Below are positions 39,376-55,210 of a stretch of DNA of 64,000 nucleotides, piece by piece; position 1 is the stretch's first letter, and each line of letters starts with the position of its first letter. The position numbers and the translations under genes are program-made. The notes under the pieces were generated by a model. The model ran no database searches, had not been told where the DNA came from, and was given only the letters and a program-made list of their open reading frames with translations. This DNA is from Macrostomum lignano (taxonomy: Eukaryota), in the NCBI GenBank assembly GCA_002269645.1, contig NIVC01001457.1, positions 186,001 to 250,000 on the forward strand. The letters are read 5' to 3'.

Positions 39376-42300
39376 GCCAAATAGAAGTTAGAAAAACACC
39401 TATTTGAGTTTTTGCTTCTCCAACCTAATTTAGTAATTTAGTAAGTAAAACCACTAGGCTGCGGTTTTTTGCTGGCATGCAAGGTTTTGAAATGAGATAA
39501 GTTAAGCATTCAGAGCAAATGGTTAAATGGTAGACTGGAATCAGCCTAGCTAAGTACTAAATAATGTAAAATCACTAATGGTAAAATTAATAATATGAGG
39601 GCTGTCCATAAAGTAGTGTTATTTTTCACTATATCTCTTGTTCTGCTGATCCAAATAACATCATTTTGCACAGATTTATAGTGGCAACTCTCTTCTTTCA
39701 ACTTTCATATAATTAAAAACAGACATTGGAAATAAAAGTTATAAACTAAAAGTGTAGCAGGACCTCATAAAGGACCTCATAATAACATCATAACAAAATG
39801 ATGTTATTTGGATCAGCAGAACAAGAGTTTATATATATACGCGAAATAAGTGCCCCCAGGATTAAATTGAGTGGAACGAAACAGCATACTTGGCCATAGA
39901 CATATCTCTAGTGACAGCAGAATGAATTGGAATTCTCTATTGTGGATTAAATTGAGTGCCTCTAGTACCCAATTAACCAGGAAATGCTATACCAAATTTA
40001 TGTCAATGTGGCTGACCAAATGTCTGCAACAAGAAAAAGTAATACTACTTTCTGGACATCCCTCATATAATATTATGTTATTATTACTATACACGCCTAT
40101 ATTGCTATATTTAATACATAGTTGATAAACAAAATGACAAGTTTAGAGATATATTAGGCCTAATTTGCCACTAGTTGACAAAATTACCTAAGACAACCAT
40201 ATATGCGCAACCTCCAAAATTCAGTTGGCCATGCGACTTAGTTTTAACAAAGATGTGACATAGTTTTTGGCCAAAAATGCAACTTACATGTAATAAAAAC
40301 CCTACAGCAAAATTAACACAACTTTGGGTAAATGGCAAGAGTAATTATGACTGTCTTATTAGGTCAAAATGCCTTGTCAGCTACTTAGTGATACTACTTT
40401 GGTATTTTTTGGGTGGGCATTTTTGCAACTTCCTTGATTGGCTGCCAAATCGGTCGGCTGGATCGGCCAACTTGGCCGACTGTTGCGCATGTATGAAGAC
40501 AACTGCAATGGCTTCTTATGGAAGCCAAGTTTAAACTAGGCTATGCTAATGTCCTTTTTGTCAGAGTTTTGTCTTTATTTTAATTAGACTAGACTTTTAT
40601 ATTTAGAAAGTTAAGTTTTTTTGCTATTCATTAGGTCTATTTAAATATTTTTTAGGCCTAATAAAAATGAGAACTAGGGTCTAACTAATTTGAAATTCAA
40701 ATCTTGGCAAAATATGAAACAGCCCAAGCCCTAATGATGGGTCTAGGCTTGTTTGCTTATGACACTATAATCCATACCATAGTCTGGATCATGTTGAGTA
40801 CACAACGGAATACTCTGAACCAATGCACACAAGTGCTAAGTAGATGTATACCAATACCAAGCAAATGCACACCAAACTTATATACTAGGCCTACAGAAAA
40901 ACTTGCAACTTTTATATTTAAAAAATGCACTTAAAAAAAACTAAGACTTCAACAGTATTTTAAAATATTTTACTAAATGAATATGCATCATTTATTTTAG
41001 GCACATTAAAATTTGATGTTTAAATATTAAAATGTCATTTTGCAATAAAAATAAAAATAAGTATAAACTCTTGTCTTCACAACATCATGTCTTTTCATGA
41101 ACTTTTGTCTCAACAAAACATGCCTCACTATTATGCCAGGCCACATTTTACTTTAGCTAGGTCTATTCTATACCATAGCACACCTAACATGCCACTTTGG
41201 CATACAATACCAAAGTATATGCCAATGCATGCCACAATTTTTAGGCTGAACCAAATGTAGGCCTATGCATGAATTTTCTGGCATGATGTATGCCTTCCAG
41301 AGTATTGACTATAATATAGGCCCTAGGTCTATGAATATGATATCAAGCCTTAGGCCTATCTTATGAATATGTTAGATCTTACGGATAGGGGCTAAGTTAG
41401 CCTAACTAATTTAATTAGTGGGCAGGCCTCTTTACATAGCATACAGCTTAATACTAGGCCTATAATAATGTAACTTATTTCATTTGCAATATTTATTTTA
41501 TATTAGGCCTATATTAGTAAGTCCAGTCCAGGCAAGGCAAGCAGCAAGTAATTAAGCCAGACTGCCAGAGTCATTGTCAGTAGGCCTAGGGCCTAGTAAA
41601 AGGTTTAGGCTTGAGTGAAGTAGGGCCTAGTAAAAGGTTTAGGCTTGAGTGGCACAAACATAATCACAATATAGGGCCTAGTCTAGTACACCTGAGACTG
41701 ACACGACATGACATCGACGAGTCACGAATGACATCGAATGAAAATGAAGTATAAAATTAGTACTGATTTCATTTAGCTGCTTATGCTTAGTCTGAACATA
41801 TGATTTGTGAAACGTTGTGAGACGCTTGTGTTAGTTCAGAGCAAATCATTTCACCTAAAAAATTAATTCTACATCAATTATCAGACCGTTTAGTTATCAT
41901 AGTAAAATTATTAAATTACATTTTGAAAAAGGTTCTTATAAAATTGAGAAAATTCAGAATTTAAGTTTTAATTACTTAAACAAAACGCAAATAATTTTAG
42001 TAAAAAATAATTGGTTATCATCAACCTTTTATTTTAAAAAACTTATGTTGTACCTGTAAAGCTTTAAGCGAAAGTATTTCTTGAAAAAATTTCTTTGATT
42101 TTGTATCTCCAGGTGGTGAATTTTTTCTTTCATACATGCGCAACTATCGGCCAACCTAGCCAATCCATCCGGCTTAAATTGTGGTAAAACAAGGGAAGTT
42201 GCAAAGTTAACTTGATCTTGGGATCCTGGGATTTATGGCTTTTTCTAGTATCCCAGGATTCAGGGATTCACAGGGTCGGGATTCAATTCTGGAAAGTTAA

Positions 42301-45300
42301 TGCTGTTTTTATGTCTAGTCTAATATAATAGCAATTAGCAAGGCAGGTAAAATATGGAACATATATGCATCCATGTCCATTCTCCACTGCCCACTTTGTA
42401 AAATCTTTGATGTTTAAAAGTTCAGTCTTGTTTAAATAATTTAATGTTTATTTTAAATTTTGAACTTTTGTGCATATTGTGACAAGAAGTAGGATTAATT
42501 AGTGCTTACCTACTCAGACTTAAGTCCCTTAAAAGTAGGCCCTAGTTATTCTTTTTTAGAATATTTCATTAATTTATTTCCTAGAGTCTACATAATTTTG
42601 CAAATGAAACTTGACAATTGCCAAAATTTCTTCTTTTCAATGGCAATGCATAAGTAGGCCTATTTTATAGTATGCCTTGTTCTAAGGGTTCATTTTTGAA
42701 TTTTGTCATATTTTTGGGTTTTATTTATTTAATTGTATATGCATGTGATGTTTTTTTCTTTATTTAATGTACATGAGCCAACCCTCTCTCTCTGCTAATG
42801 CTATCCCATATTAAATAATAATTAAAAAGGGTATGATTTCAGTAAGCATGTTTTTTGCTAAGTGGTTTGTTTTGTTTGCCTATGTAAGAATGCAGAGGTA
42901 TTGAAAGCTACAAACAACTGATTTTTGCCTACTTAATTATTTTTCAGTTTTAAAAAGCTGTCAATTTAACATACCTAAGACTAGGAAAAAAATAATTTCT
43001 TGCAAATCAATTTTTTTTTATTATTATGAATATGAGTTGCTTAAATGAGTCAAGTCCCTAGGCCTAAGCCTAACATTTTTTTCAAGGACTGCTTAACAAC
43101 ATAATATGTTACTTGCAAATGTTAGTAGAATTCTAAAAGATTGCATTGAATAAATGTGTCTATGGTTTTAGTGGCCTTTTTGCTTAGTCATTTTGCATAG
43201 CAGCGCAGCATGATAGCCTACAAGTCTAGCTTAGAGCACCAAGTAGACAAGGGCAAACAGCTAACTTCTCTGTGTTCTTGGAATATTTAATTTCCTACTT
43301 CAAATTTGAATTGAATTATACAAGATTCTGACAAAGTATTACAGACTCCAGGCTATATCAGCACTATAAAAGTAGTGAAAAATGCTGATGCACTGTGTAT
43401 TACTTGTGCTTTTCTGAAAGAAGAGGATGAGACTCTGACTCCTGGATCAAGGCTTTGCCTATCGCAGCAAAGGTAAAGTAATATTTTAGCATGTATATAG
43501 GCGTATGCTGCAAGCATTGGCCAGAGGGTGCTTAAATGAAGCAAGCAAGGCCTGGACTCTCAAATAGCACATGGGTAGTCTTGGCATAGTTGGGACAGAT
43601 TCCTATTATCAAAATATTGTCAAGACACATCTTAACTTAAGTCTTTATGGGTGTCATGTCATTGGATAAGCAGAGGATACTCCAGATAACCTAGCACATA
43701 TAGTTTTTGCAATTAGCTACAGTTGAGCATTTTGTGGGAGCATAGGCATTTGTAGCCTAGCTCGTCCATAGATTTACAGTCTTTATCTGTAACTTTGTTC
43801 AACCAAGTAATTTTTCTTATCCAAATTGTATGAGTACACAAATTTGGTGAGACAGTTATGAATATTATGTATGACAACCTTTTTACTAAGTGTCTTTAAC
43901 TTTACTTGACCATTACTTGAAAATCTTTACTAATCAAGGTTTTTGATGCTTTAATTTTAGGATAGTTCATTGACATCTAACTCATCTTTGCTGCCTTTGT
44001 GTTGCTTCTACATTTTTGAAAAGTTTAGAAATTATAATACAAGCATATCAAGTATAATTATTGAAGAAGTGTAGTTCCTATCATTCAATATTATCATTCT
44101 ATCATTCTCATTTCTTAGTTAATTCCTCAATGCTTCTACACTTTAGAAATTCATCTAGGAATCCCATTATTTTTGGTATTTCTTTGTTCTTTGGAAATAA
44201 TACAAATGACTAGTTGGAATGCATACATATATAAAAGGATTTATTCACTAGACTTCAATTCAATTAATGTATTAGGCACATTGCTTCACAAGCAAAAAAG
44301 CCACTAAAACCATAGACACATACATTCAAAGCAGCCTTTTAGAATTCTGCCAATATTTGCAAGTGTAATGTTCTTTGTTGTTAAGTAGTCCTTGATTTTT
44401 TAGACTTTAGTCATTAGGAATAAAAGCTACATTTTAATATAGGGCCTAGTATTAGGTTTGCATTATTTAAAATTTGCCAGCATAGGCCCCTAAAATTAGC
44501 AACTTATAATAAAAAAATATATGATAAATTTGGGAAGAGAAATGAAATTATCAATTGAGTAGTAACCCTACGCTCTCAAATATATTAGTGTTACATAATA
44601 GGCCCCTATGCTAGAAAAAGTGACTTTCTAAGTCATAAATTAAGTTTATACAAAAAATTATTTATGATTATATGCTAGACATTATCAAAAGGCAATAAAG
44701 GAAAGGACCTGCATTATGACATTTTGGTTTTTAATACATTAATAGCTATTCCAAAAGCCTTGGGCTATGCTGGCTCTATGTGTGGCACAATTTTCTAGTA
44801 GGTTCTAGTTGGATATTTATGCCAGCCATTTTCTTACATCAATTAGGCTTATACACTAGAATTTTTGGCATAAATGCAAGATTTGAAAGTAGGGCAGTAA
44901 CCAAACCTAGTATGTGCATTAATAGGCAAGAAATAAAAAAGTGGTATCCTATTCCTATCTCTAGCCATGGCTAATAATCAATTAGGCTTTTAATTATTGC
45001 CTACTTATATTTGACTTTGATCTATATATATTTATGCTTTCTTATTGGCTAAACTAGATTAGGCTTATCCCTTAGGCAGAGTTATCTATATTATATTCAT
45101 GTGTGTATATTGAATTATATGTTTGTTCATGTATAATCCTATATGATCAAGGCCATAAACCCTAAGGAAAATAAAAAATAGCTATTGCATTCATTTTTAG
45201 TGACATTAGCATAGACAGCTACTGACAGAGATTAAACACTTTACTTTTCCACAATTTAAATTGCAACTAACATTTAGGTATTTTACTATCTGTTGTTTTA

Positions 45301-47241
45301 GTTGATCCTTTAGAAAAATACTAGATTTGTCTTTTTTGATTAAATATATAGCCCACAGATACTAGAATAACTAGATATGTCACTCGCAATTAAAATTGTG
45401 AAAAAGTAGAGCCTCTACTCTTTTTTCAGTAGTTGTCTGCGCTAATGTAATTTAATTTGATGTAGAAGGTAAAATTCCTTTCCTTCCTCAGGGCTTGCGG
45501 CCTCAAGAGCATATGGGGTTAAGAATGAACAAACATTCTTAACATCCTATTAACTCGATGTACACAAATGAATGCAAGACGGATGAAACTCAGCCTAGGG
45601 GGGGGGGCAGGCCCAATCTAGCTCAGCCAATGAGAGAGCAGTAGAGAAATGTCTGGGCGCCAGCACTATTCTCTCTTGCTCTCTATGCCAAGCACTGAAT
45701 TTGGGAATTTTACATTTTTTTAGTTTTCTACAGTCTTAAGTCTTAAATTCGTTTATTTTTGAACCGGTAAAACTCAGCAGACATGCTTATTTAATTTGCC
45801 TGCTTGTAGAATTCGGCACAGACAAATTTTGCAGCTTTAAAAACTATAAATTTTCATTTCACTTTTATAAAGGCAAAAAATGCTAATTTTGCTACTGAAA
45901 AAAGAGTAGAGAAACACATTTTTTTGCAAGTGACACATCTAGTTATTTTAGTATCTGTGATATAGCCTAACTTTTATTTACTTTAGTTTTTTACAATACA
46001 TTTAACCCTCAAAGATTTTTAGTATAAGCTATAAAAAATTAAATTTTATTATTTTTGAGTTCTTTATATTCATTTGCCATCACAACTTACAACATTTTAT
46101 AATATAAGTATTTTAAACATTTTTCTAATCTTATATACCAAGAAACTATTTACCAAGACTTTATATCATGCTTAACCATTAACCAAATATCACAAAGTAA
46201 AAGATAGTAAAGCCAAATATAAACTCAAGGATTCAAGTCAAGGAAATGAATGGTCAAGGACTAAAGCAATAAATATTTTCTATGCCATGTGCACATTGTA
46301 TAGTTGGTATAATAAGGGCTAAATTTAAAATAAATGCAGTCTTATATTTTATTCTTGTATAATAAATAAATGAAAAATATTAATAATGCTAAACTATCAC
46401 ACTATGACAATCTAGGTTAATAGAAGAGAAAATTGGATATGTCTAATAAAAAAATATATAGGAAATTTTTGGTTATAGAAGATATATCTTAGTATTTGTG
46501 CATGTCAAACTATTCCCCATAATTTATATTTGTTATAGTAATTTAATTTATCAAAAATTCCATTTTTCTTTATTTCATTCAATAGGCAATGCTATCTATA
46601 TTAAGTTTTCTCAAATATAAAATATCTTGCTTTATTCACTTTACATTAAAATAAAGAACAATGTATTGGACAAATAAAAATCATGTAACAAAAGCATATA
46701 ACAATTTTTGTTGTTTTTTACCAAACCCAGCTTCTTGGTGTCATTGTGGGCAGATCAACATATCATTTGTGTACATAGGTTACTTTAGGCTCCACTCTAT
46801 GAGTTGATAGGCCCTTTGCTAATGAGTTTTATCTAACCCTAGCAAATCATCTGCAAGGTACAAATATAGTAAAATGCAAATATAGTTATTTAACTCAAAG
46901 AAATGACTATATAGATATACTAGTAGTTTTCAGAATTTTGTTCGAAAGTTCTAATTTTCCAAAATCTAGTTCCTATGTAGCAAAAATTAATAATTATCAT
47001 GGCTACTAAATTGATGCTACAAAAATGATGATTAATTGGTATCGAAATATTTTTTAGATTGTTATGTAAAAAATGAGGGTAACACTAGGATTGGCTCCTT
47101 AATTTTGCTCATGCATCACAATATCTCTTTGTTAGTTCAACTTCTCTTTGTTAATCATGGAATTAATTACATTAAAAAACAATCAAGGCTCCTTGAACAT
47201 CTTTGTGTAGATTATTAGTTGATGCTGTCCCCCACAGCAAC

Positions 47242-48743
<1,502 letters not shown>

Positions 48744-48929
48744 AACAAAATCGAGAACGAGAAACTGCTAAATTCTTTATTGCAACTTGTCTCGTTTGTT
48801 AGTTTTGCCATCTAGAATTAATAATAATTCATAAATTAAAAAATGAGTGGAGTATTAGTTGCGCTTGGAATCAACTTTGTAATTGTTTTTTTTGGTCATT
48901 TTGGCGGCAAGGCTGTTTATTAGTTCTGT

Positions 48930-48982
48930 GAATAGATAGATAGACAAATAGATAGATAGATAGATAAATAGATAAATAGATC

Positions 48983-49031
<49 letters not shown>

Positions 49032-49032
49032 T

Positions 49033-49067
<35 letters not shown>

Positions 49068-49068
49068 G

Positions 49069-49104
<36 letters not shown>

Positions 49105-49134
49105 CAAATAGATAGATAGATAGATAAATAGATC

Positions 49135-49187
<53 letters not shown>

Positions 49188-49188
49188 T

Positions 49189-49227
<39 letters not shown>

Positions 49228-49236
49228 GTAGATAGG

Positions 49237-49291
<55 letters not shown>

Positions 49292-49444
49292 ATAAATGGA
49301 TAGATAGATAGATAGATAGATAGATAGACAGATGGATGGATAGATAGATAAATAGATAAGTAGATAGATAGATAGATAGACAAATGGATAGATAGATAGA
49401 TAGATAGATAGATAGACAAGTAGATAGATAGATAGATAGATAAG

Positions 49445-49503
<59 letters not shown>

Positions 49504-49527
49504 GTAGATAGATAGGTAGATAGATAA

Positions 49528-49571
<44 letters not shown>

Positions 49572-49574
49572 ATG

Positions 49575-49608
<34 letters not shown>

Positions 49609-49672
49609 CAAATGGATAGATAGATAGATAGATAGACAAATAGATAGATAGATAGATAGATAAATAGATAAG

Positions 49673-49745
<73 letters not shown>

Positions 49746-49750
49746 GGATG

Positions 49751-49807
<57 letters not shown>

Positions 49808-49816
49808 ATAGATAAG

Positions 49817-49884
<68 letters not shown>

Positions 49885-50120
49885 CGGATAGATAGATAGA
49901 TAGACAGATAGATAGATAGATAGACATTTGGATGGATAGATAGACAGATAGACAGATAGATAGATAGATAGACATTTGGATGGATAGATAGACAGACAGA
50001 TAGATAGATATATAGACAGATAGATAGATAGACATTTGGATGGATAGATAGACAGATAGATAGATAGATAGATTGATTGATTAAAACAAATGTTATGTCC
50101 AGCCTGACAGACAGACAAAT
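48930..50120. repeat. (GATA)n microsatellite between RPS23 and the next gene
   Basis: Directly visible. Confidence 0.98.
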
Positions 50121-50252
50121 GTAGAGATTTTTTTGTCCATTATAATCAAAGCCGTTTGTTCGCAATCTCAGAGAATGCGCCTACACTAGAAGACGTCGGT
50201 GCAGTTCAATCAAAGTCAAAGTGATAAAAGAAACATTAGAATATTCAGCAGA

Positions 50253-53200
50253 ATGCTGGAGCAGCCGAGTCCCATGGACTTTCGCCATCCTCACAGTCAG
50301 GGTAATTCGCCCTCTTCTTCAATATCCTCCATCGCCGCTGCTCCGCCACCTGCCTTACTAGCCGTAGTGGACTCGTGCTCAGCCGGACACACAACCAAAT
50401 CGGCCGAGTCTCTACTCTCCGAGCTGTCCTCTCCGTCCGACATTAATAACGACATTAACGACAATAAAAAATCCGGAAACAGCGACGACGAGGACGAATC
50501 GGATGACGAATTCGTCAACGTTATCGTTAATCGCGACGCTGTTAATTTGAGCATTTCCCAGGCTAGGGCTGACGTAGAAGCGGCCAATAGTAGTTTCCAT
50601 GGCAACGGTGGATGGACGCCGCCGAATAGAAGGTTGCCCCATCATCAGCAGCAGCAGCAGCATCACCACCAGCCCCATCAACAAAATCAGCAGCGTTGGC
50701 AGCACCATCAAAGAAACAACCCACACCGCCGTAATAACTATAATAATAACAATAATAACTATAGTAATAATAATCATAATCAGCCCGGCGGCCGGTATCG
50801 TTGTAACCAAGCCTCTGCTTCATCATCTGTGCATCCAGCTCCAGCATCCGCTGCTTCTTCATCTTATCAACGCCTGCCAGCCTGCATGGACAGCTTGTGC
50901 CTTGCCAACAGCACCGGTCAGGACGCTGACAAGCACGGCAACGGTGTTGAGAAGTACCGACCTTGGGGTCGACGAGGTCAACCCGGCGGCGGCGCCAGCG
51001 ACGGCGAATTTAATCGACAATTCGATCGACCGCCCAGATATTATCGACGCCGATCGTCGAAGATCCTGACGCCGTGGAATCAGCAGCAGCAGCGTTGTTG
51101 CCCTGCCGTAGGCGCTTCATCAATATCCGCAGCTTCTACTGGCCTGGCATCCTCAGCATCATCAGTGACGTCATCCAGATCTAGGTCGGCTTCTCCCGCC
51201 ACTGCCACTGTCACTGTCGCCTCGTCGGCTTCCACTGTTGGTACAGCGACTCCTCCAAGGTTGCCTCCTCCGATGCCTCCGCCGCATCCGCCGCCGCCGA
51301 TGTCTTATCCGCCTCCTCATCTGTTGCAGTTCCCAGCTGCCGCGCCACCTCCCTACTGCTGGCACCCAATGTTCTGGCCGCCGCCACCGCCCCATCCGCT
51401 GTCTCCTCGGCATCAGCAGCATTCTCAGATCTATCCGCATCAGCATCCTTGTTTCTCTTGGCTGCCGCCTCCGCCGCATTCGATGCCTCCTTTGTCGACA
51501 ACTTCAACGTCGCACAGCTCGCAGCAGTCCGGTCAGCAGGCTCAGTCCCAGTCGCAATCCCACACTGCAGCCGCTGCCGCTGTAGCTGCCGCCGCTGCTG
51601 CTGCAGCCGCCGCCGCCGCGGCTGCCGCATTCGGGCAGTCGCCTGGTCGATTCCCTCCTCCGCCGCATCTGCCGCCCCTTCCGCCGCCGCCTCCGCCCTC
51701 CTCAGGAGGAACCTACGGCTTTGTGCCCTCAGCGGCCTACCAGCAACAGCAGCAGCAGCACTACTATCAACAGTACCTGCAGCAGCATTATCTGCACCAA
51801 TATCAGCAACAACTTCAACATTATCAAGCATCATTGACTCCGCAGAGGACTGTCCCTACTTGTACTTCATCTTCGATGGCTAAACCAGCTACTCCAGTTG
51901 CTGCTGCTGCTACTGCTGCTAGTAGTGTATCTGTTGGCGTTGTGTCCTCTTCGTCTGCTCCGACTTTGAATTCCACTTCGTCAACTGGCTCTATTATATC
52001 GTCCTCGGAGTCTAGGTGCGTGTCCTTGGGGATGCATTTTTCCTTGCAGTTAGTATTCCTTGTTTTCGAAATAGATTTGTATGTTTATCTCTTTACACTG
52101 TCAAGTGCGTTTTGGAATGGCCATATTACCTCAATAAGAATAGCCATTTTACCTCAATAAGAATAGCCATTTTACCTCAATAAGAATAGCCATATTACTT
52201 CAATAAGAATAGCCATATTACCTCAATAAGAATAGCCATTTTACCTCAATAAGAATAGCCATTTTACCTCAATAAGAATAGCCATTTTACCTCAATAAGA
52301 ATAGCCATTTTACCTCAATAAGAATAGCCATTTTACCTCAATAAGAATAGCCATATTACCTCAATAAGAATAGCCATTTTACCTCAATAAGAATAGCCAT
52401 TTTACCTCAATAAGAATAGCCATTTTACCTCAATAAGAATAGCCATTTTACCTCAATAAGAATAGCCATTTTACCTCAATAAGAATAGCCATATTACCTC
52501 AATAAGAATAGCCATTTTACCTCAATAAGAATAGCCATTTTACCTCAATAAGAATAGCCATTTTACCTCAATAAGAATTGCCATATTACCTCAATAAGAA
52601 TAGCCATATTACTTCACTAAGAATAGCCGTATTACCTCAATAAGAATAGCCGTATTACCTCAATAAGAATAGCCGTATTACCCCAATAAGAATAGCCGTA
52701 TTACCTCAATAAGAATAGCCATTTTACCTCAATAAGAATAGCCATTTTACCTCAATCAGAATAGCCGTATTACCTCAATAAGAATAGCCATTTTACCTCA
52801 ATAAGAATAGCCATTTTACCTCAATCAGAATAGCCGTATTACCTCAATAAGAATAGCCGTTTTACCTCAATAAGAATAGCCATATTACTTCAATAAGAAT
52901 AGCCATATTACCTCAATAAGAATAGCCATATTACTTCAATAAGAATAGCCATATTACTTCAATAAGAATAGCCATATTACCTCAATAAGAATAGCCATTT
53001 TACCTCAATAAGAATAGCCATTTTACCTCAATAAGAATAGCCATTTTACCTCAATAAGAATAGCCATTTTACCTCAATAAGAATAGCCATTTTACCTCAA
53101 TAAGAATAGCCATTTTACCTCAATAAGAATAGCCATTTTACCTCAATAAGAATAGCCATATTACCTCAATAAGAATAGCCATTTTACCTCAATAAGAATA

Positions 53201-54388
53201 GCCATTTTACCTCAATAAGAATAGCCATTTTACCTCAATAAGAATAGCCATATTACCTCAATAAGAATAGCCATATTACCTCAATAAGAATAGCCATTTT
53301 ACCTCAATAAGAATAGCCATATTACCTCAATAAGAATAGCCATTTTACCTCAATAAGAATAGCCATATTACCTCAATAAGAATAGCCATTTTACCTCAAT
53401 AAGAATAGCCATATTACCTCAATAAGAATAGCCATTTTACCTCAATAAGAATAGCCATATTACTTCAATAAGAATAGCCATTTTACCTCAATAAGAATAG
53501 CCATTTTACCTCAATAAGAAAAGCTATTTTACCTCAATAAGAATAGCCATTTTACCTCAATAAGAATAGCCATATTACCTCAATAAGAATAGCCATATTA
53601 CCTCAATAAGAATAGCCATTTTACCTCAATAAGAATAACCATATTACCTCAATAAGAATAGCCATATTACCTCAATAAGAATACCCATATTACCTCCGTT
53701 AAAATCGTTAACTTCTTAAGTCGCGCCCGATTCCTACTCGTAGATTGAAAACCTAACCAATGACCTTGACTTGCTGTGCATTTTCAGAGACATTCTCCAA
53801 CAATTAAAGGGTCAGTAAGGTTGTGTATTTTAAATCGTAAAAAATACTTTTAATGATGTACTTCTGAGACTACTTTCGAAGTATTGTAAATAGCTGGTTG
53901 AGTAGAGCGCTTATTTAATTGATTTTAAAAAGCCGAAACATCGTGTTAAAGATATTTTTACAATCAGTATGTCAAAACTTTTTTTATCCATTTAACATTT
54001 GGTGTTGGTTTTTAGCCCTAACAAAAGTATCTAATTACTTTTAACTTCCCGACATTGTGCTTTGAGATTTGCTTTAACCATCATAGACATCAGTTCACTT
54101 TATGAAGCATGATTGATTTATGACCAAATCATCTCTTCAGACGCTGGTGTCAAAAATGTCCACCTGAATGGCATTGCAACGCCAACGAAAGATTCTTCTA
54201 TTGCTGCTTCTGCAACAGACGCAGCTGCTGCTCAGGATGACGTCATCGCCAGTAATGCTTACAGACCGGCCAAGGCTGCCGTTGAATTGTCGTCAACTGC
54301 GGCTGGGTTCTACAATTGCGACAAGAATTTCGACGTATTGTCGGCCATTCTGCACCGGATCCGAGGCTCAGACGGGGCTCAGGAATGA
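50253..54388 (+). CDS. Unassigned low-complexity protein (Ser/Gln/Asn/Pro/Ala-rich, probably intrinsically disordered), three exons
   Basis: Long GC-rich ORF from the ATG at 50253 to the donor GTGCGT at 52016 (phase 2). A 23-nt exon follows at 53788-53810 (TTTTCAG...GTCAGT), then exon 54141-54388. The joined end reads SSESRDILQQLKDAGVKNVHLNG...FDVLSAILHRIRGSDGAQE. No recognised domain; one PPPY motif. Confidence 0.7.
52125..53695. repeat. 23-bp intronic minisatellite (CCTCAATAAGAATAGCCATTTTA)
   Basis: Period 23, ~68 copies. Confidence 0.98.
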
Positions 54389-54599
54389 TCTGAAATTGCC
54401 GGAGACTTGCCGGATTTTAATATACCTTATTATCGACTAACTCCCGGCGTATCTGCTTCTTTCCAGGTTTATATCAACAAAATTAAAAATTCAACCTGCT
54501 ATTTCAATTTATTTCTGTTCATCCGCGTTAACTTCTCGTTTTAGGTTGATGTGTTTTGGTCGTATCATTCACTTTATCTGCTCGATTCTCTGCTCTGAT

Positions 54600-55210
54600 T
54601 TACTTCCATATCTACTATCTCTATCCTTATCTACCCCATATCTACTCTCTCCATCCTTATCTACCCCATATCTACTCTCCCCATCCTTATCTACCCCCAT
54701 ATCTACTCTCCCCATCCTTATCTACCCCCATATCTACTCTCTCTATCCTTATCTACCCCATATCTACTCTCCCCATCCTTATCTACCCCCATATCTACTC
54801 TCCCCATCCTTATCTATCCCCATATCTACTCTCCCCATCCTTATCTACCCCCATATCTACTCTCCCCATCCTTATCTACCCCATATCTACTCTCTCCATC
54901 CTTATCTACCCCATATCTACTCTCCCCATCCTTATCTACCCCCATATCTACTTTCCCCATCCTTATATACCCCCATATCTACTTTCCCCATCCTTATCTA
55001 CCCCCATATCTAGTCTCTCCATTCTTATCCACCGTAATATCTACTCTCCATTACTTATCTGGCCCCATATCTATTCTTTCCATTCTTATATACCCCCATA
55101 TCTACTCCCTCCATTCTTATATACCCCCATAATCTACTCCCTCCATCTTTATATACCCCCCATATCTACTCCCTCCATTCTTATATACCCCCGTATCTAC
55201 TCTCTCCATC
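54600..55210. repeat. ~29-30 bp minisatellite (CCCCATATCTACTCTCCCCATCCTTATCTA)
   Basis: Directly visible. Confidence 0.95.

Noticed and set aside
43300-44400. Transposase relic inside the CpG desert
   Set aside because: It looks like decayed coding DNA, but I could not find any diagnostic motif in the frames I read.
50297-51883. Antisense and alternate-frame ORFs over GC-rich exons (also 2343-2919, 3437-3755, 33865-34876, 35743-36246, 37812-38466)
   Set aside because: They are the expected shadows of GC-rich low-complexity coding sequence, with no recognisable domains.
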